DNA of 64,000 bases, taken from positions 6,317 to 70,316 of IMG/VR virus record IMGVR_UViG_3300048592_001404. One strand, given 5' to 3'. Source of the DNA: a virus. Position 1 is the stretch's first letter, and each line of letters begins with the position of its first letter. Positions 17,620 through 27,190 of this stretch are shown in pieces. The translations under genes and the position numbers were made by a program. The notes beneath the pieces were generated by a model. That model did not search any database and had not been told where the DNA came from. It saw nothing but the letters and a program-made list of their open reading frames with translations.

Positions 17620-18651
17620 TCAGGTGCGCTTGCCCGGAATGAGCACGCGGGGCCGGGTGCAGTAGTGCAGCGCGTTCATCTGGAACTCCAGGTTCACGCC
17701 CTTTCCGTTCATCATCTCCCACTGCTTGCCGTAGAGTCGCTGCCCCGGCGTGTTCACCGTCTCGATGTAATCGGCAGGTCCATAGACGGTGCGGAACAGG
17801 CCGGGCACGCCCATGGGGAAGAGATGGCACTTGTTGGTGTCAATTCCGACACTGCCGCCGCCCCGGTAGTTGGCCCAGGTGATGCCGCCGAAGTCGAAGG
17901 AGCCGTGAAGGCCGCCGGCACCCGGATTTATGTAGGCCCCACGCAGGCTCGCCGCATCGGCATAGCCCTTGTAGGTGTCGCGCACTTCCTTGTGGGCGAT
18001 GAGGTCATCGAAGAAGGTATCACCGCACAGCGCCATGACGCCCGTGTAGGGAATGCCATCGAGGGTCGCCGCCATCTGGCGGATGACCCCAGCGCACTTC
18101 TTGCGGAGAACACCTTCCGCTGGGGTGGCATTGTCGAGGTCGAAGTCGATCTCGGCCGCCGGGGTTTCCCCGAACTCGGTGAAGTAGTCGAACAGCACCG
18201 CCCCGTCTGCATCGAGAAGGCGGCCGGTCTTCAGGATGTTGATGCGATGGTATTCCTCGGTAAGTGCGAAGAACTGCGAGGCCTCCGCCGCACGCTCGGC
18301 AATCTTGGACTGCAGGCGCTCGACGGCCACCTCCTCGCCGAAGACCCGGACCTGCTGGACCTCGTCCGCGTTGATGGCGTCATCGACCTGGAAATGGGGG
18401 ACCCTCAGGGTACGCATGGAGCGCTTGCCCTTGCCGAAGGTCTGGCCCGGGCCGCCGCGGGGGCTTGCCTGGATCAGCATGCCGTTCTGGGCCTTGTCCT
18501 TCTCGATGGCGATGTCGAGCGTGTCGATGCTCACCGTCTGGAACAGGCCCATCTGGCCGATGGCGGACGGGACATAGGAGATCTCGCGGAGGGCGTCCGT
18601 GAGGCGCATGACGCTGAAGGCGTCCTGGGTGAAGATATTGAGAATGGACAT
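17620..18651 (-). CDS. Major capsid protein (lambda gpE family)
   Basis: 343 aa, FTQDAFSVMRLTDAL...QMNALHYCTRP. Confidence 0.92.
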   Translation of the reverse strand: MSILNIFTQDAFSVMRLTDALREISYVPSAIGQMGLFQTVSIDTLDIAIEKDKAQNGMLIQASPRGGPGQTFGKGKRSMRTLRVPHFQVDDAINADEVQQVRVFGEEVAVERLQSKIAERAAEASQFFALTEEYHRINILKTGRLLDADGAVLFDYFTEFGETPAAEIDFDLDNATPAEGVLRKKCAGVIRQMAATLDGIPYTGVMALCGDTFFDDLIAHKEVRDTYKGYADAASLRGAYINPGAGGLHGSFDFGGITWANYRGGGSVGIDTNKCHLFPMGVPGLFRTVYGPADYIETVNTPGQRLYGKQWEMMNGKGVNLEFQMNALHYCTRPRVLIPGKRT

Positions 18652-18669
18652 GTCTGGATTCCTCCGGGA

Positions 18670-19041
18670 TCAGCGCACGATGACGCCGAGGGTGGCGAGG
18701 GCCGTGTTGGCAGCGGCCTTCTCGGCAGGCTGGTCACGGTCGGCGTGGTAGGTGAGGCAGTTGCCGTTCACCTCGGCGTCGCGGACGATGGCCGAGACGG
18801 AAACATCGGCACTGGAGGCGTCAGCGCCATAGATAGCGATGGCGGCAGGCACCTGGCTGCCGTCGGTGGCACCGACGGCGCTGGCGACATACTTCCCGCT
18901 GGCCGTGACCTTGCCGAGCACGGTGCCAGCGGCGATGATCCCGGCGCCAGAGGCGATGGTGATGGCCTCGCGCGAGCGCTGGCCGTTGGCCTCCGAGAGG
19001 ATGAACTCTCCCGGGTGGCGGGTTTCCATGAGAACTGTCAT
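18670..19041 (-). CDS. Head decoration protein (lambda gpD-like)
   Basis: EFILSEANGQRSRE...AGTVLGKVTASGKY...ATDGSQ. Confidence 0.9.
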   Translation of the reverse strand: MTVLMETRHPGEFILSEANGQRSREAITIASGAGIIAAGTVLGKVTASGKYVASAVGATDGSQVPAAIAIYGADASSADVSVSAIVRDAEVNGNCLTYHADRDQPAEKAAANTALATLGVIVR

Positions 19042-19055
19042 GTCGTTTGCTCCTT

Positions 19056-19472
19056 TCAGGCCCGGGCGAAGCGGCGGTTGGCGTTGGCAATGGCCCGCTT
19101 CCAGCCTTCCTCGGCGCGTGCGTTGGGGTTGGGACGTTCAGGTTCACGGGTTGCGCCGAACTCAGACCCAGCGGCAGCGCGCTGGGCGAGCGCCTCGATG
19201 CGGGTTTCCTTGGGCGAGGCAGCGAGAACCTTCTCGGCTTCCGCGACGCTCAGGGCTGTCTCCGTGGCGAGCATCAGGGCCTGCGCCTTGCGGCCTTCGG
19301 AGGCTTCGGCGTTCACGATAGCCCGGATCCGGGCCCGTTCCTCGAGCCGGGCGGTGGCGACCGCGTCCTGCAGCTGCGCGGCGGGCTGCGGTGCCGGAGC
19401 CTGGAGCCTCGGCGGCTCGGGCGGCGGGCCGGCAACCATCTCTGCAGCGGGGCCTGTGTCTTCGGTGCTCAT
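19056..19472 (-). CDS. Nested in-frame scaffold protein (Nu3-like)
   Basis: Internal AAAGGAGGGATATCC-ATG in frame with the protease, starting MSTEDTGPAAE. Confidence 0.7.
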   Translation of the reverse strand: MSTEDTGPAAEMVAGPPPEPPRLQAPAPQPAAQLQDAVATARLEERARIRAIVNAEASEGRKAQALMLATETALSVAEAEKVLAASPKETRIEALAQRAAAGSEFGATREPERPNPNARAEEGWKRAIANANRRFARA

Positions 19473-20405
19473 GGATATCCCTCCTTTGCGAGCGGTGCGC
19501 CCGGATGGGCGGGTGGTAGGCATGTTGTTCTGTGACAGAGACGCCAGCACCTCGTCGAAGCTGGCAATTCGGTCGGCGAGGCCAAGCCTGATGGCCTCTG
19601 AGCCAATGAAGGTGCGAGCCTCGGTGGCGCGCGCCATGTCCGCAGTGAGTTTCCGGCCACGGCCTGACGCGACCGTGTCGAGGAACTGGCGGTAGTGGGC
19701 ATCGACGCTCGCCTGCAGGTCGGCACGAACGGCATCAGACAGGGGTTCGAACGGGTTGCCGTCGACCTTGTGGCTCCCGGCGAAGATCAGCGTCGGCTTC
19801 ACACCTTGCGCTGCCAGTTCTCCCGAACGGTCGGCATGCAGCATGACGACGCCGATCGAGCCCACGATCGAGGTGGGCGAGATGACGATCTCATTTGCCG
19901 CACTGGCAATGCCGTAAGCGGCAGACGCCGCCATGTCATTGACGAAGGCGGTGACGGGCTTGGTCTGGCGAACCGAACGGATCAGATCCGCCAGACCTGC
20001 CATGCCGGCGGCTTCGCCGCCGGGCGAGGAGATGTCGAGCAGGATCGACCGTACCTCCGGGTCAGATCCCGCTGCACGCAGCTGGGCTGCGATCCCCTCG
20101 TAGCTGGTGAGCCCCGACCGGCTGTCGAGCCAGGCGCCGCGATTGACCAGCGTGTCGAGCACCGGAATGATGGCGACGCCGTCGGCAGTACGCATCATGG
20201 AGGTGGTTCCATCAGCGCGGCGGGCGGAGCCGGTGAAGCGATTGGCTTCCGGCGCATCCATGCCATCCTCCGCCGTGAAGAGCGAGGCATCGAGACCGAT
20301 CCGGCCACTCAGCAGGCCGAGAATGATCTGGGCCTTGGCCGGGTGGATGAGGAGCGGCGTGTTGAGCAGGCGGTCGCTGAGGCGGAGAAGCTGTCCGGGC
20401 ATCAC
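19056..20405 (-). CDS. S49 head maturation protease (lambda gpC-like) with C-terminal scaffold
   Basis: LLDISSPGGEAAG, MAASAAYGIASAA, GSIGVV motifs. Confidence 0.93.
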   Translation of the reverse strand: MMPGQLLRLSDRLLNTPLLIHPAKAQIILGLLSGRIGLDASLFTAEDGMDAPEANRFTGSARRADGTTSMMRTADGVAIIPVLDTLVNRGAWLDSRSGLTSYEGIAAQLRAAGSDPEVRSILLDISSPGGEAAGMAGLADLIRSVRQTKPVTAFVNDMAASAAYGIASAANEIVISPTSIVGSIGVVMLHADRSGELAAQGVKPTLIFAGSHKVDGNPFEPLSDAVRADLQASVDAHYRQFLDTVASGRGRKLTADMARATEARTFIGSEAIRLGLADRIASFDEVLASLSQNNMPTTRPSGRTARKGGISMSTEDTGPAAEMVAGPPPEPPRLQAPAPQPAAQLQDAVATARLEERARIRAIVNAEASEGRKAQALMLATETALSVAEAEKVLAASPKETRIEALAQRAAAGSEFGATREPERPNPNARAEEGWKRAIANANRRFARA

Positions 20406-20653
20406 AAACCTCCCGCCCGAAGGCCAAAGCGCCTGCGCACTCCTCCAGTTCTTCCGCAGAGGCTCTCGAGACGGCTCAGTTCCGCCCGCAAGGAGGCAAG
20501 ATCGGTTTTGCCGTATTGCACCTTGCGCCGGACACCATTGCCCGCGTCGAATTCGATAAGTTCCGGCCTTCTGCCCTCAAGCAGCGCGTAATAGGCTTCG
20601 CGAATCCGCGGCAGCACCGCGCACGGATCGGCATAATCGGTGATGATGGTCAT
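20402..20653 (-). CDS. Head completion protein gpW-like
   Basis: 83 aa, EAYYALLEG...RKVQYGKTDLASLRAELSRLE. Confidence 0.8.
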   Translation of the reverse strand: MTIITDYADPCAVLPRIREAYYALLEGRRPELIEFDAGNGVRRKVQYGKTDLASLRAELSRLESLCGRTGGVRRRFGLRAGGL

Positions 20654-22263
20654 TGCTGTGAGCTGTCCTCGGAAGGATCCTGAGCTGCAGGGTCGTCTGT
20701 GGTGTCACCGGAAGGGTTGGTAATCCCCTGGTACTGGTGATCAGGCAGGCCGTAGGTTTGCCTGAGCGCCCTTTCGCGGGCACGCTGGGCATAAACGTCT
20801 TCGATGTCGTGGCCGAGGTCCTCGGCGATCGCCGCATCTGTCATGACGCCGAGCCGGCACCAGATCTCGTGGGCCTTGGCCATCTTGAGATCGTCCGCCT
20901 GGGGTTTCGGTGCTCCCCGCCAGATGGCGCGCGAAGCGGCAGACCGGTTTGCGAGGAAGCCGTCGAGTCCGCCCGGAAAGGGAATGCCACCCCGAGCGAT
21001 CTCTTCTTCGAGCCAGGCCTCGTAGACTGCGGTGCAGAAGGGTCCGAGGATATGCGCCCGGCGGTAGAGCGTGATCTGGAAGATCTCGCCAGACGCCATG
21101 CGCACGCTCGAATAGGTGGCGTTGGTATAATCCGCCGTGGCGCTCTCATAGGTGAGCCCCATGCAGCGGGCGAGTTCCCGGAGCAGGTGCGCTGCGAAGT
21201 CCCTGTAGTCGGAATGCGGGTGCTGGGCGCGATGTAGCTCGAGCTTCTGACCCGGAAAGAGATGGGCAATCCGGCCGTTGATGCCGAGATTTATGGTGGC
21301 GTTGTCGTACCAGCCCGACTGCGCCTGGATATAGGCGTCCCACGGCGAGATGCCGCTGGCCGAGAGCCGTGCCTGCTCCTGCGGCGTGAGCAGGCCCGAG
21401 AGAACTTCCTCCGTCGGCTCGTCCGAGGTGATGGAGGCCGCGAACACGGTCTGCAGGATGGCCGCCGTGAGGGTCGCATCCGAAAGCTGGTCGAACTGGC
21501 GCGCCACCTGCAGTGCGGGTGTGAGCGGCGAGATGCCCCGCACCTGCCCCGGCAAGCCGTCGAAGATGTGAATGACCCGCGACCTGCCGAGATCATCCCG
21601 GGCGGTGACGTCATACTCTACCGATCCGAGCGAGGGATCCTTCCGGGTCGCAACGTAGCCAACCGGCATGCCGTCGCCATCCATGCGCACGCCCTGCACG
21701 ATACGGCGCTGGCTGTCGTTGCGGCGCGGGATACGGTGGGGCGGCACGAGCCTCACCTTGGTGCCGTAGCGGCCACCAGGGCGCTCGCGCCACGGCAGTT
21801 CCGCCCAGATTTCGCCGGTAGCGAACCACGAGCGGAAGGCCGCCGCCTGCATGAGCCCGAACGACCGGCGCCCCTCGATGTCGCATTCGTAAGGTCGGTC
21901 CGCCCACAGGCTCCAGCGCTGCTCGACCGTCTGCGCCCAGGTTTCGGCCTCCGCATTGCTCATGCCGAAGAGATCATTCTCCGGCATGGCCTTGAGGCGG
22001 AGGCCGGTTCCCACCGTATTGGCAACTGCCTGGTCGATGGCGCCCGCCATCCAGCCCGAGTTCTGAATCAGGTCGATGGTGCGGGCGGCGGCCAGATCCC
22101 ACGAGGCGCCGACATCGTCGGCCGCTTCCCTGAGTACAGGCCGCCAGCCTCCGAACACCACGCCGCGGTTGCCGCGCATGAAGTCGCCGCGCACGGCCGG
22201 AGGCAGGACGGATCTTCCACGGGCTGGAGCAAACCAGTCCCGCATCCGATCCATCATGCCCAT
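20650..22263 (-). CDS. Portal protein, lambda family
   Basis: NTVGTGLR, GQVRGISPL, DYTNATYSSVR motifs. Confidence 0.93.
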   Translation of the reverse strand: MGMMDRMRDWFAPARGRSVLPPAVRGDFMRGNRGVVFGGWRPVLREAADDVGASWDLAAARTIDLIQNSGWMAGAIDQAVANTVGTGLRLKAMPENDLFGMSNAEAETWAQTVEQRWSLWADRPYECDIEGRRSFGLMQAAAFRSWFATGEIWAELPWRERPGGRYGTKVRLVPPHRIPRRNDSQRRIVQGVRMDGDGMPVGYVATRKDPSLGSVEYDVTARDDLGRSRVIHIFDGLPGQVRGISPLTPALQVARQFDQLSDATLTAAILQTVFAASITSDEPTEEVLSGLLTPQEQARLSASGISPWDAYIQAQSGWYDNATINLGINGRIAHLFPGQKLELHRAQHPHSDYRDFAAHLLRELARCMGLTYESATADYTNATYSSVRMASGEIFQITLYRRAHILGPFCTAVYEAWLEEEIARGGIPFPGGLDGFLANRSAASRAIWRGAPKPQADDLKMAKAHEIWCRLGVMTDAAIAEDLGHDIEDVYAQRARERALRQTYGLPDHQYQGITNPSGDTTDDPAAQDPSEDSSQQ

Positions 22264-22267
22264 GGAT

Positions 22268-24319
22268 TCACCTGTTCAATCGTGACGACAGCCCTGCGAA
22301 GCGCGAGCGCAAATCCGGCATCGATGCCGCAGCGAGCACCGGAACGGATTTGGCCAGCACTCCATCTTCGATGTGGGCGCCCGAAGCCTTGGCCCCCGGC
22401 GCTTCACCGCCCGGATTTTCCCGCAGCACACCGTCCGGAATGCGCTGGACGTTCAGCGAGTAGCCGATCGCCATGGCGAGCGCCTCGCAGTCGAGATAGT
22501 GGTTGGCCCGTGATTTCTGGACCCACTGCGGCTTGCCGGTGGCGCCGTCCACGACGCGCACCTCCGAGACGAGCTGCTTGGCGTAATCCTCGTCGATGTC
22601 GTCTGGCACGATGAAGGAGCCCGGCTGATCGAGCGGCGTCCGGATCCTCGAGACCAGCAACGACTTGAAGAAGTCGGTCGACAGCCAGACCAGGTCGATC
22701 GAATAGGACGCCTTCTTTCCCCGGGGCGTCACCTCGATCTTCGACACGCGGTAGGGCGGCGACATGGTGGCCCGGCCCTTGGTAGGCGAGACGAGCCACG
22801 GATAGCGCCTCGTGAACTCATAGACCTTGTGCTCGTCACCGGCGTCGGGCTTGTTCGGCCGGAAACCGGAGTCGACGAACACCCGCTCGATCTGCAGCCC
22901 GGCGATGGGCGAAAGCATCAGATCGGCAAGGGCGTTCCACACCTCGTCATCGTCCGTCGGCCCGTAGAGCTGTCCCCGGTCGATGAGCCACGAACGACCC
23001 CGCGCGCCGAAGCCGCGGATCGTGTAGTAGAGCGACAGCTTCTGCACATCGACGCCCATCCCCAATCGCAGGACGCCGCCGGGTACCTCTTTCATGCGGT
23101 AGGGCTCGCGACGCTGCAGGATCTCCTGCCAGTCCAACGCATCGCGGCCCGCTGCCGGGGTAAAGCACTCTCCGAACCCCGCATTCAGTGCGGTCTGCAC
23201 CTGGTCGGGATCACCCGACGCCAGCGCACGCACATAGCGCTCGATTCTGGTGCCCCAGGTGACGAAGGGGCTTGCCAGCCCGCTCGCCCAGAAACTGATC
23301 ACCGCATTCTCTGGCGGCTCGCCCCGGACCTCTCCGTCCTCCACCCATTGCCCCGGCGCCACATAGAGCCCTCGGGCGTTCATCTCCCGCTTGTCGGCAT
23401 CCTGATGCAGCCCGCCGCAATGCGGGCACTGCAGCTGGGCGGACTTCGCGGCTTCCGCGGGCGTCGCATTCTCCGGCCAGCGCATCTGCTCGAAGCGCGG
23501 CACGAAGTAGGCTTCGCAGTGCAGGCAGGGCCAGCAGAAGTGATGCCGCGTCCCGGACTGCCAGAGTTTCCAGATGGCGCTCTCGACCGCGTCGGGCTCC
23601 GCTGGCTTCCAGAAGCGAAGGCCACTCTTTTCGTCGAGTTCGGTTTCGATGAGGCCGCGCGACGGCGTGGACGTGATCGCGGTGACGAAGTCGGCATAGG
23701 TTTCGCCGCGGGCCTCCACCAGTCCCAAGGGATCGCCCTGCCCCTTCACATTGGCCAGCATCTCGTCGTACTCATCGACCAGGGCGAGTGCCGCCGGACT
23801 CGACTTGAGGGACGCCGACGACCCGGCATGCGCAAGCCGTACCGGGACGCCCGCAACGATCTTCAGCGTCTTCTTCATGCGCCGGCCGCGCACCACCTTG
23901 GCAGACAGCGTCTCCGCCTCGTCGAGCAGGCTCATCAGCCGCGGTTCGAACTGGTCGGTCAGAAAGTCCCTGACGGGACCGACGTAGAGGATGGGTGCCG
24001 GACGTTGATCGAGGCGCGCACCGATGAGGTCGATCAGATTTTCCGTCTTACCGCTTTGCGCAGAACACACCATGACCACGCGCTTGTACTGTCCATCGTG
24101 AACCGCCCGGGCCATCGGCACCATGTAAGGCGTGAGCCAGGGATCCCGGGGGCCGGGCAGGCCAGATGTCTCCGGATAGACCCGGTGGAGGCGCGCCCAC
24201 TCGTCAGGCGGAATCTTCGGCGCCGGCCGCAGGATGGCTTCTGCCAGCCTCCAGGCCTTCAGCCTTTTCTGTGGCTCGCTGGGAAAGGCGTGAGAGGACA
24301 CCATCAATCTCTGCTTCAA
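22268..24319 (-). CDS. Terminase large subunit (lambda gpA family); start uncertain
   Basis: SAQSGKTE Walker A, LVDEYD Walker B, STP, CLHC/CPHC zinc motif, GVDVQ nuclease, NHYLDCE. Confidence 0.93.
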   Translation of the reverse strand: MKQRLMVSSHAFPSEPQKRLKAWRLAEAILRPAPKIPPDEWARLHRVYPETSGLPGPRDPWLTPYMVPMARAVHDGQYKRVVMVCSAQSGKTENLIDLIGARLDQRPAPILYVGPVRDFLTDQFEPRLMSLLDEAETLSAKVVRGRRMKKTLKIVAGVPVRLAHAGSSASLKSSPAALALVDEYDEMLANVKGQGDPLGLVEARGETYADFVTAITSTPSRGLIETELDEKSGLRFWKPAEPDAVESAIWKLWQSGTRHHFCWPCLHCEAYFVPRFEQMRWPENATPAEAAKSAQLQCPHCGGLHQDADKREMNARGLYVAPGQWVEDGEVRGEPPENAVISFWASGLASPFVTWGTRIERYVRALASGDPDQVQTALNAGFGECFTPAAGRDALDWQEILQRREPYRMKEVPGGVLRLGMGVDVQKLSLYYTIRGFGARGRSWLIDRGQLYGPTDDDEVWNALADLMLSPIAGLQIERVFVDSGFRPNKPDAGDEHKVYEFTRRYPWLVSPTKGRATMSPPYRVSKIEVTPRGKKASYSIDLVWLSTDFFKSLLVSRIRTPLDQPGSFIVPDDIDEDYAKQLVSEVRVVDGATGKPQWVQKSRANHYLDCEALAMAIGYSLNVQRIPDGVLRENPGGEAPGAKASGAHIEDGVLAKSVPVLAAASMPDLRSRFAGLSSRLNR

Positions 24320-24707
24320 CCTTCTGGCGCTCGGCCACGATGCGGGTCAGCCGCGCGGGAAGGCCTGCAAGCTCCGACCTCACCAGGCCGGCCAACTCCG
24401 CCATGTCGTTCAGCGCATCCTCGACCGGGATCAGTTCGCGCGAGCGCTCCGCAATGCGAAGTTCGATCTCCAGTGCGCGCGCATCGCGCACCCGGCTGTC
24501 GGCCGCTGACTTGGCGGACCGACGCTCGTCGTCCTTCAGGTAACGCAGATATCCTTGCACAGCACCCACGAGTTGAACGAAGCCGCGCTTCTCGGGCTTC
24601 GGAATGAAGCCCTGCTTCACCAGCTGCCGGATGCGCTCCTCGGAGATCATCAGAAGCCGCGCCGCCTGGCCGATGGGGATCAGGCCAGCATGTTCCGCCA
24701 TGACCAC
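24204..24707 (-). CDS. Terminase small subunit (Nu1-like)
   Basis: N-terminal wHTH (QAARLLMISEERIRQLVKQG) plus coiled coil; upstream of large subunit. Confidence 0.82.
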   Translation of the reverse strand: MVMAEHAGLIPIGQAARLLMISEERIRQLVKQGFIPKPEKRGFVQLVGAVQGYLRYLKDDERRSAKSAADSRVRDARALEIELRIAERSRELIPVEDALNDMAELAGLVRSELAGLPARLTRIVAERQKVEAEIDGVLSRLSQRATEKAEGLEAGRSHPAAGAEDSA

Positions 24708-24808
24708 AGATCCCCTTGGAACGCTCGACCATAAAACAGGAATAAACCTCTATTCTGCTTGTCTTCCTGCGCACGTCGAGCATGTATGGGTCCGAAACGG
24801 AGACCAGG

Positions 24809-25033
24809 ATGCACAAGCCACGGAAGGACAACAGCGAAGCGCTCGCCGCCTTCATCACGAAGAAGGCAGAAATCGACGCGATGCTCGCGAGGATCGCAAA
24901 GCTCAGCGAGGACCACTTCGGCACCGACCCTGAAAAGGTGCACTGGGGTCATGTCGGCAACCTCGAGGACTACGCCCGCCACCTCCAGCGCATTACCGAC
25001 GTCGCCTTCCGGGAGGGCGAATATGCCGAATAG
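24809..25033 (+). CDS. Small conserved prophage hypothetical protein
   Basis: ALAAFITKKAEIDAMLARI...VHWGHVG; GGAG RBS. Confidence 0.8.
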   Translation: MHKPRKDNSEALAAFITKKAEIDAMLARIAKLSEDHFGTDPEKVHWGHVGNLEDYARHLQRITDVAFREGEYAE

Positions 25034-25208
25034 CAGATCAGCCCCCGTGAGGATCTTCAGCTACGGCAGGGGCATCTTCGGCCGCAGCATCGAGTGCTAC
25101 CAGATCGGCGACGAGTTCTTTCTCTACGGTGTCACCGAGCACGGCGATGCGAGGGTTCTTCCCAGCATCGGCATGGCGAGGGAGATCGCAGCTTCCGCCT
25201 TACCCTGA
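25023..25208 (+). CDS. Hypothetical 61-aa protein
   Basis: MPNSRSAPVRIFSYGRGIFGRSIECYQ..., GGAGG RBS, overlaps upstream stop. Confidence 0.65.
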   Translation: MPNSRSAPVRIFSYGRGIFGRSIECYQIGDEFFLYGVTEHGDARVLPSIGMAREIAASALP

Positions 25209-25311
25209 TGGATCTGACCACCCCAGTCGCTCCGCCCCGCCTGAAGCGCGGGGACCGGGGTCGTAGGAGCCGGAGATCGTTCCGGCCCGCAATCCCGAAG
25301 GAGCACACTCC

Positions 25312-25836
25312 ATGACAAAACTCACCGACACCCAGCGCGTGATCCTCAGCGCGGCTTCGCAGCGCACCGACCGCCTTGCCCTGCCGCTGCCCAAGAGCCT
25401 GAAGGGTGGTGCAGCCCACAAGGTGGTCAACGCCCTGGTCGACAAGGGCCTCCTCAAGGAGGTGAAAGCCAACCGCAAGCTCAACGATCCGGTCTGGCGC
25501 GAGAACGATGATGGTCAGGGACTGACCCTGATCATCACCGACGCAGGCTTTGCGGCCATCGGCATCGAGATCGAACCTCAGAAGCCCAAGAACCAAAGGC
25601 CAGAGCCAAAACCCGCCACAACGGAACGCAAGACCCGCGAGGGCACCAAGCAGGCGCTGGTGATCGAGATGCTGCGCCGCCCAGAGGGAGCGACCATCCC
25701 GGAAATCGTGGAAGCGACCGACTGGCAGCCCCACACAATTCGAGGGGCCATGGCCGGAAGCCTCAAGAAGAAACTCGGCCTCACCATCACCTCGGAGAAG
25801 GATAATCAGAGAGGCCGCGTGTACAGGGCGTCCTGA
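25312..25836 (+). CDS. DUF3489 domain protein
   Basis: REGTKQALVIEMLRRPEGATI..I..ATDWQPHTIRGAMAG.LKKKLGL. Confidence 0.9.
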   Translation: MTKLTDTQRVILSAASQRTDRLALPLPKSLKGGAAHKVVNALVDKGLLKEVKANRKLNDPVWRENDDGQGLTLIITDAGFAAIGIEIEPQKPKNQRPEPKPATTERKTREGTKQALVIEMLRRPEGATIPEIVEATDWQPHTIRGAMAGSLKKKLGLTITSEKDNQRGRVYRAS

Positions 25837-25860
25837 CCACACGGGAGAGACCAGGGAACC

Positions 25861-25896
25861 GACAGAGCCACCAGTCGCGGAACTGGTGGCTCTGTC
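25861..25896. terminator. Perfect 15-bp stem hairpin after DUF3489
   Basis: GACAGAGCCACCAGT-CGCGGA-ACTGGTGGCTCTGTC; no clear U-tract. Confidence 0.6.
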
Positions 25897-25950
25897 AAAT
25901 CAGGGCTGCTGGGTGGTTTACCAGCCCTGATCAATGCTCGAACCTCAATG

Positions 25951-25967
25951 GTTAACGAATCGTTAAC
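25951..25967. promoter_or_regulatory. CtrA-type box TTAA-N7-TTAAC
   Basis: GTTAACGAATCGTTAAC fits the consensus on both strands; intergenic. Confidence 0.6.
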
Positions 25968-26102
25968 GGCTTCAGCCTGCTCCCCGGCTGTTCATGCGAC
26001 AGGTGGACCGCAGCGCGAGGACAGATCCCCCACGAACTTTGACGGCGGGCAAGGGAATGATAGCCTGCCCACCCCGATGATAGGTGCCAGCTGCCCAGGC
26101 GC

Positions 26103-26732
26103 ATGGAGCGACCGCAGATGATCGAACCGATCGCCCGAATCCGCATCTCGCTTCAGGAGACCACCCCCGAGATCTGGCGGCGGCTCGATGTGCCACTCTC
26201 GACCAGCCTCCTGGCACTGCACGACATCATCCAGATCTCCATGGGCTGGACGGACTCACATCTCTTCGCGTTCAATGTCGGGGACCGGCAATACGGCGTC
26301 ACCTATCCCGAATACGACATGGGCGGTCCGCGGGTGTTCCATGCGAAGTCGATGCATCTGAAGACGCTCGTCGGCCGCGGCATCGAGCGCTTCGTCTACG
26401 AATATGACTTCGGCGACAGCTGGCGCCATGACATCCTCATCGAGGAGTGCATGGATGGGCTGCCGGACCGGGACTATCCCTTCTTCATCGGCGGCGAGGG
26501 CCGGTGCCCGCCGGAAGATGTCGGCGGCATTTCCGGCTTCGAGGAGTTTCTCGAGGCGGTCAGGAAACCGCGCCATCCCGAGCACAGGCGGATGCTTGCG
26601 TGGTATGGCAGGCCCTATGATCCACAAGATATCGATGAGCCTCGCATACGAAGGCTGATCGAGGACATGGCCGCCCGGCGGCGGGGCCCGCTGATGAGCC
26701 ATCGCAAGGGAGGCAGAACAGCATCCCCATGA
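26103..26732 (+). CDS. Plasmid pRiA4b ORF-3 family protein
   Basis: IWRRLDVP...LHDIIQ..MGWTDSHL...YEYDFGDSW.H...CPPEDVGG. Confidence 0.92.
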   Translation: MERPQMIEPIARIRISLQETTPEIWRRLDVPLSTSLLALHDIIQISMGWTDSHLFAFNVGDRQYGVTYPEYDMGGPRVFHAKSMHLKTLVGRGIERFVYEYDFGDSWRHDILIEECMDGLPDRDYPFFIGGEGRCPPEDVGGISGFEEFLEAVRKPRHPEHRRMLAWYGRPYDPQDIDEPRIRRLIEDMAARRRGPLMSHRKGGRTASP

Positions 26733-27004
26733 CCGGGTTCGTCTATGTCATCGGCGCCAGGACCCGGCGCGGAAGCCGGACCTATGTTGGCTGGACGCTC
26801 GATCCCGAGCGGCGGCTTGCGCAACATAATTCCGGCACTGGCGCCAGATCGACGAGAGGGCTGTCATGGGAGCTTCTCTATCTCGAGAAGCTCGATACCC
26901 GCGCCGCCTCCTTGAGCCGGGAGTGGCACCTCAAGCGGGACCGGCGCTTCCGCAGGCAACTGACAGACCTCTGGCCTTCCCTAGCTGGCGGCCACGTTGA
27001 ATAG
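26729..27004 (+). CDS. GIY-YIG nuclease family protein
   Basis: FVYV...TYVGWT.D.ERRLAQHNSG.GARSTRG...REWHLK. Confidence 0.9.
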   Translation: MTGFVYVIGARTRRGSRTYVGWTLDPERRLAQHNSGTGARSTRGLSWELLYLEKLDTRAASLSREWHLKRDRRFRRQLTDLWPSLAGGHVE

Positions 27005-27190
27005 CCGGCGGAGTGCGAAGCTCCGGAGAAGCGAGACAACCGTGAACGTGGCACCGATCAGAAGGTTATCGCCGATGGAAGCATGCAGCTCGAAGAGCGG
27101 GAACACGATGATCTGCGTCAGTATCGCAAGGCCATAGCCCACCACGATGTTGGTGACCGCCTCCACGAGGGACATCCAGCGTGACTGCAT
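26981..27190 (-). CDS. Small two-TM prophage membrane protein
   Basis: MQSRWMSLVEAVTNIVVGYG...SLLRSFALRRLF, coupled to the MTase stop. Confidence 0.8.
   Translation of the reverse strand: MQSRWMSLVEAVTNIVVGYGLAILTQIIVFPLFELHASIGDNLLIGATFTVVSLLRSFALRRLFNVAAS

Noticed and set aside
17401-19695. Long plus-strand ORFs opposite phage genes (764 aa here; also 22829-24607, 37661-39685, 39510-40949)
   Set aside because: Antisense shadows of high-GC coding genes with no motifs; the minus strand has clear homologs.
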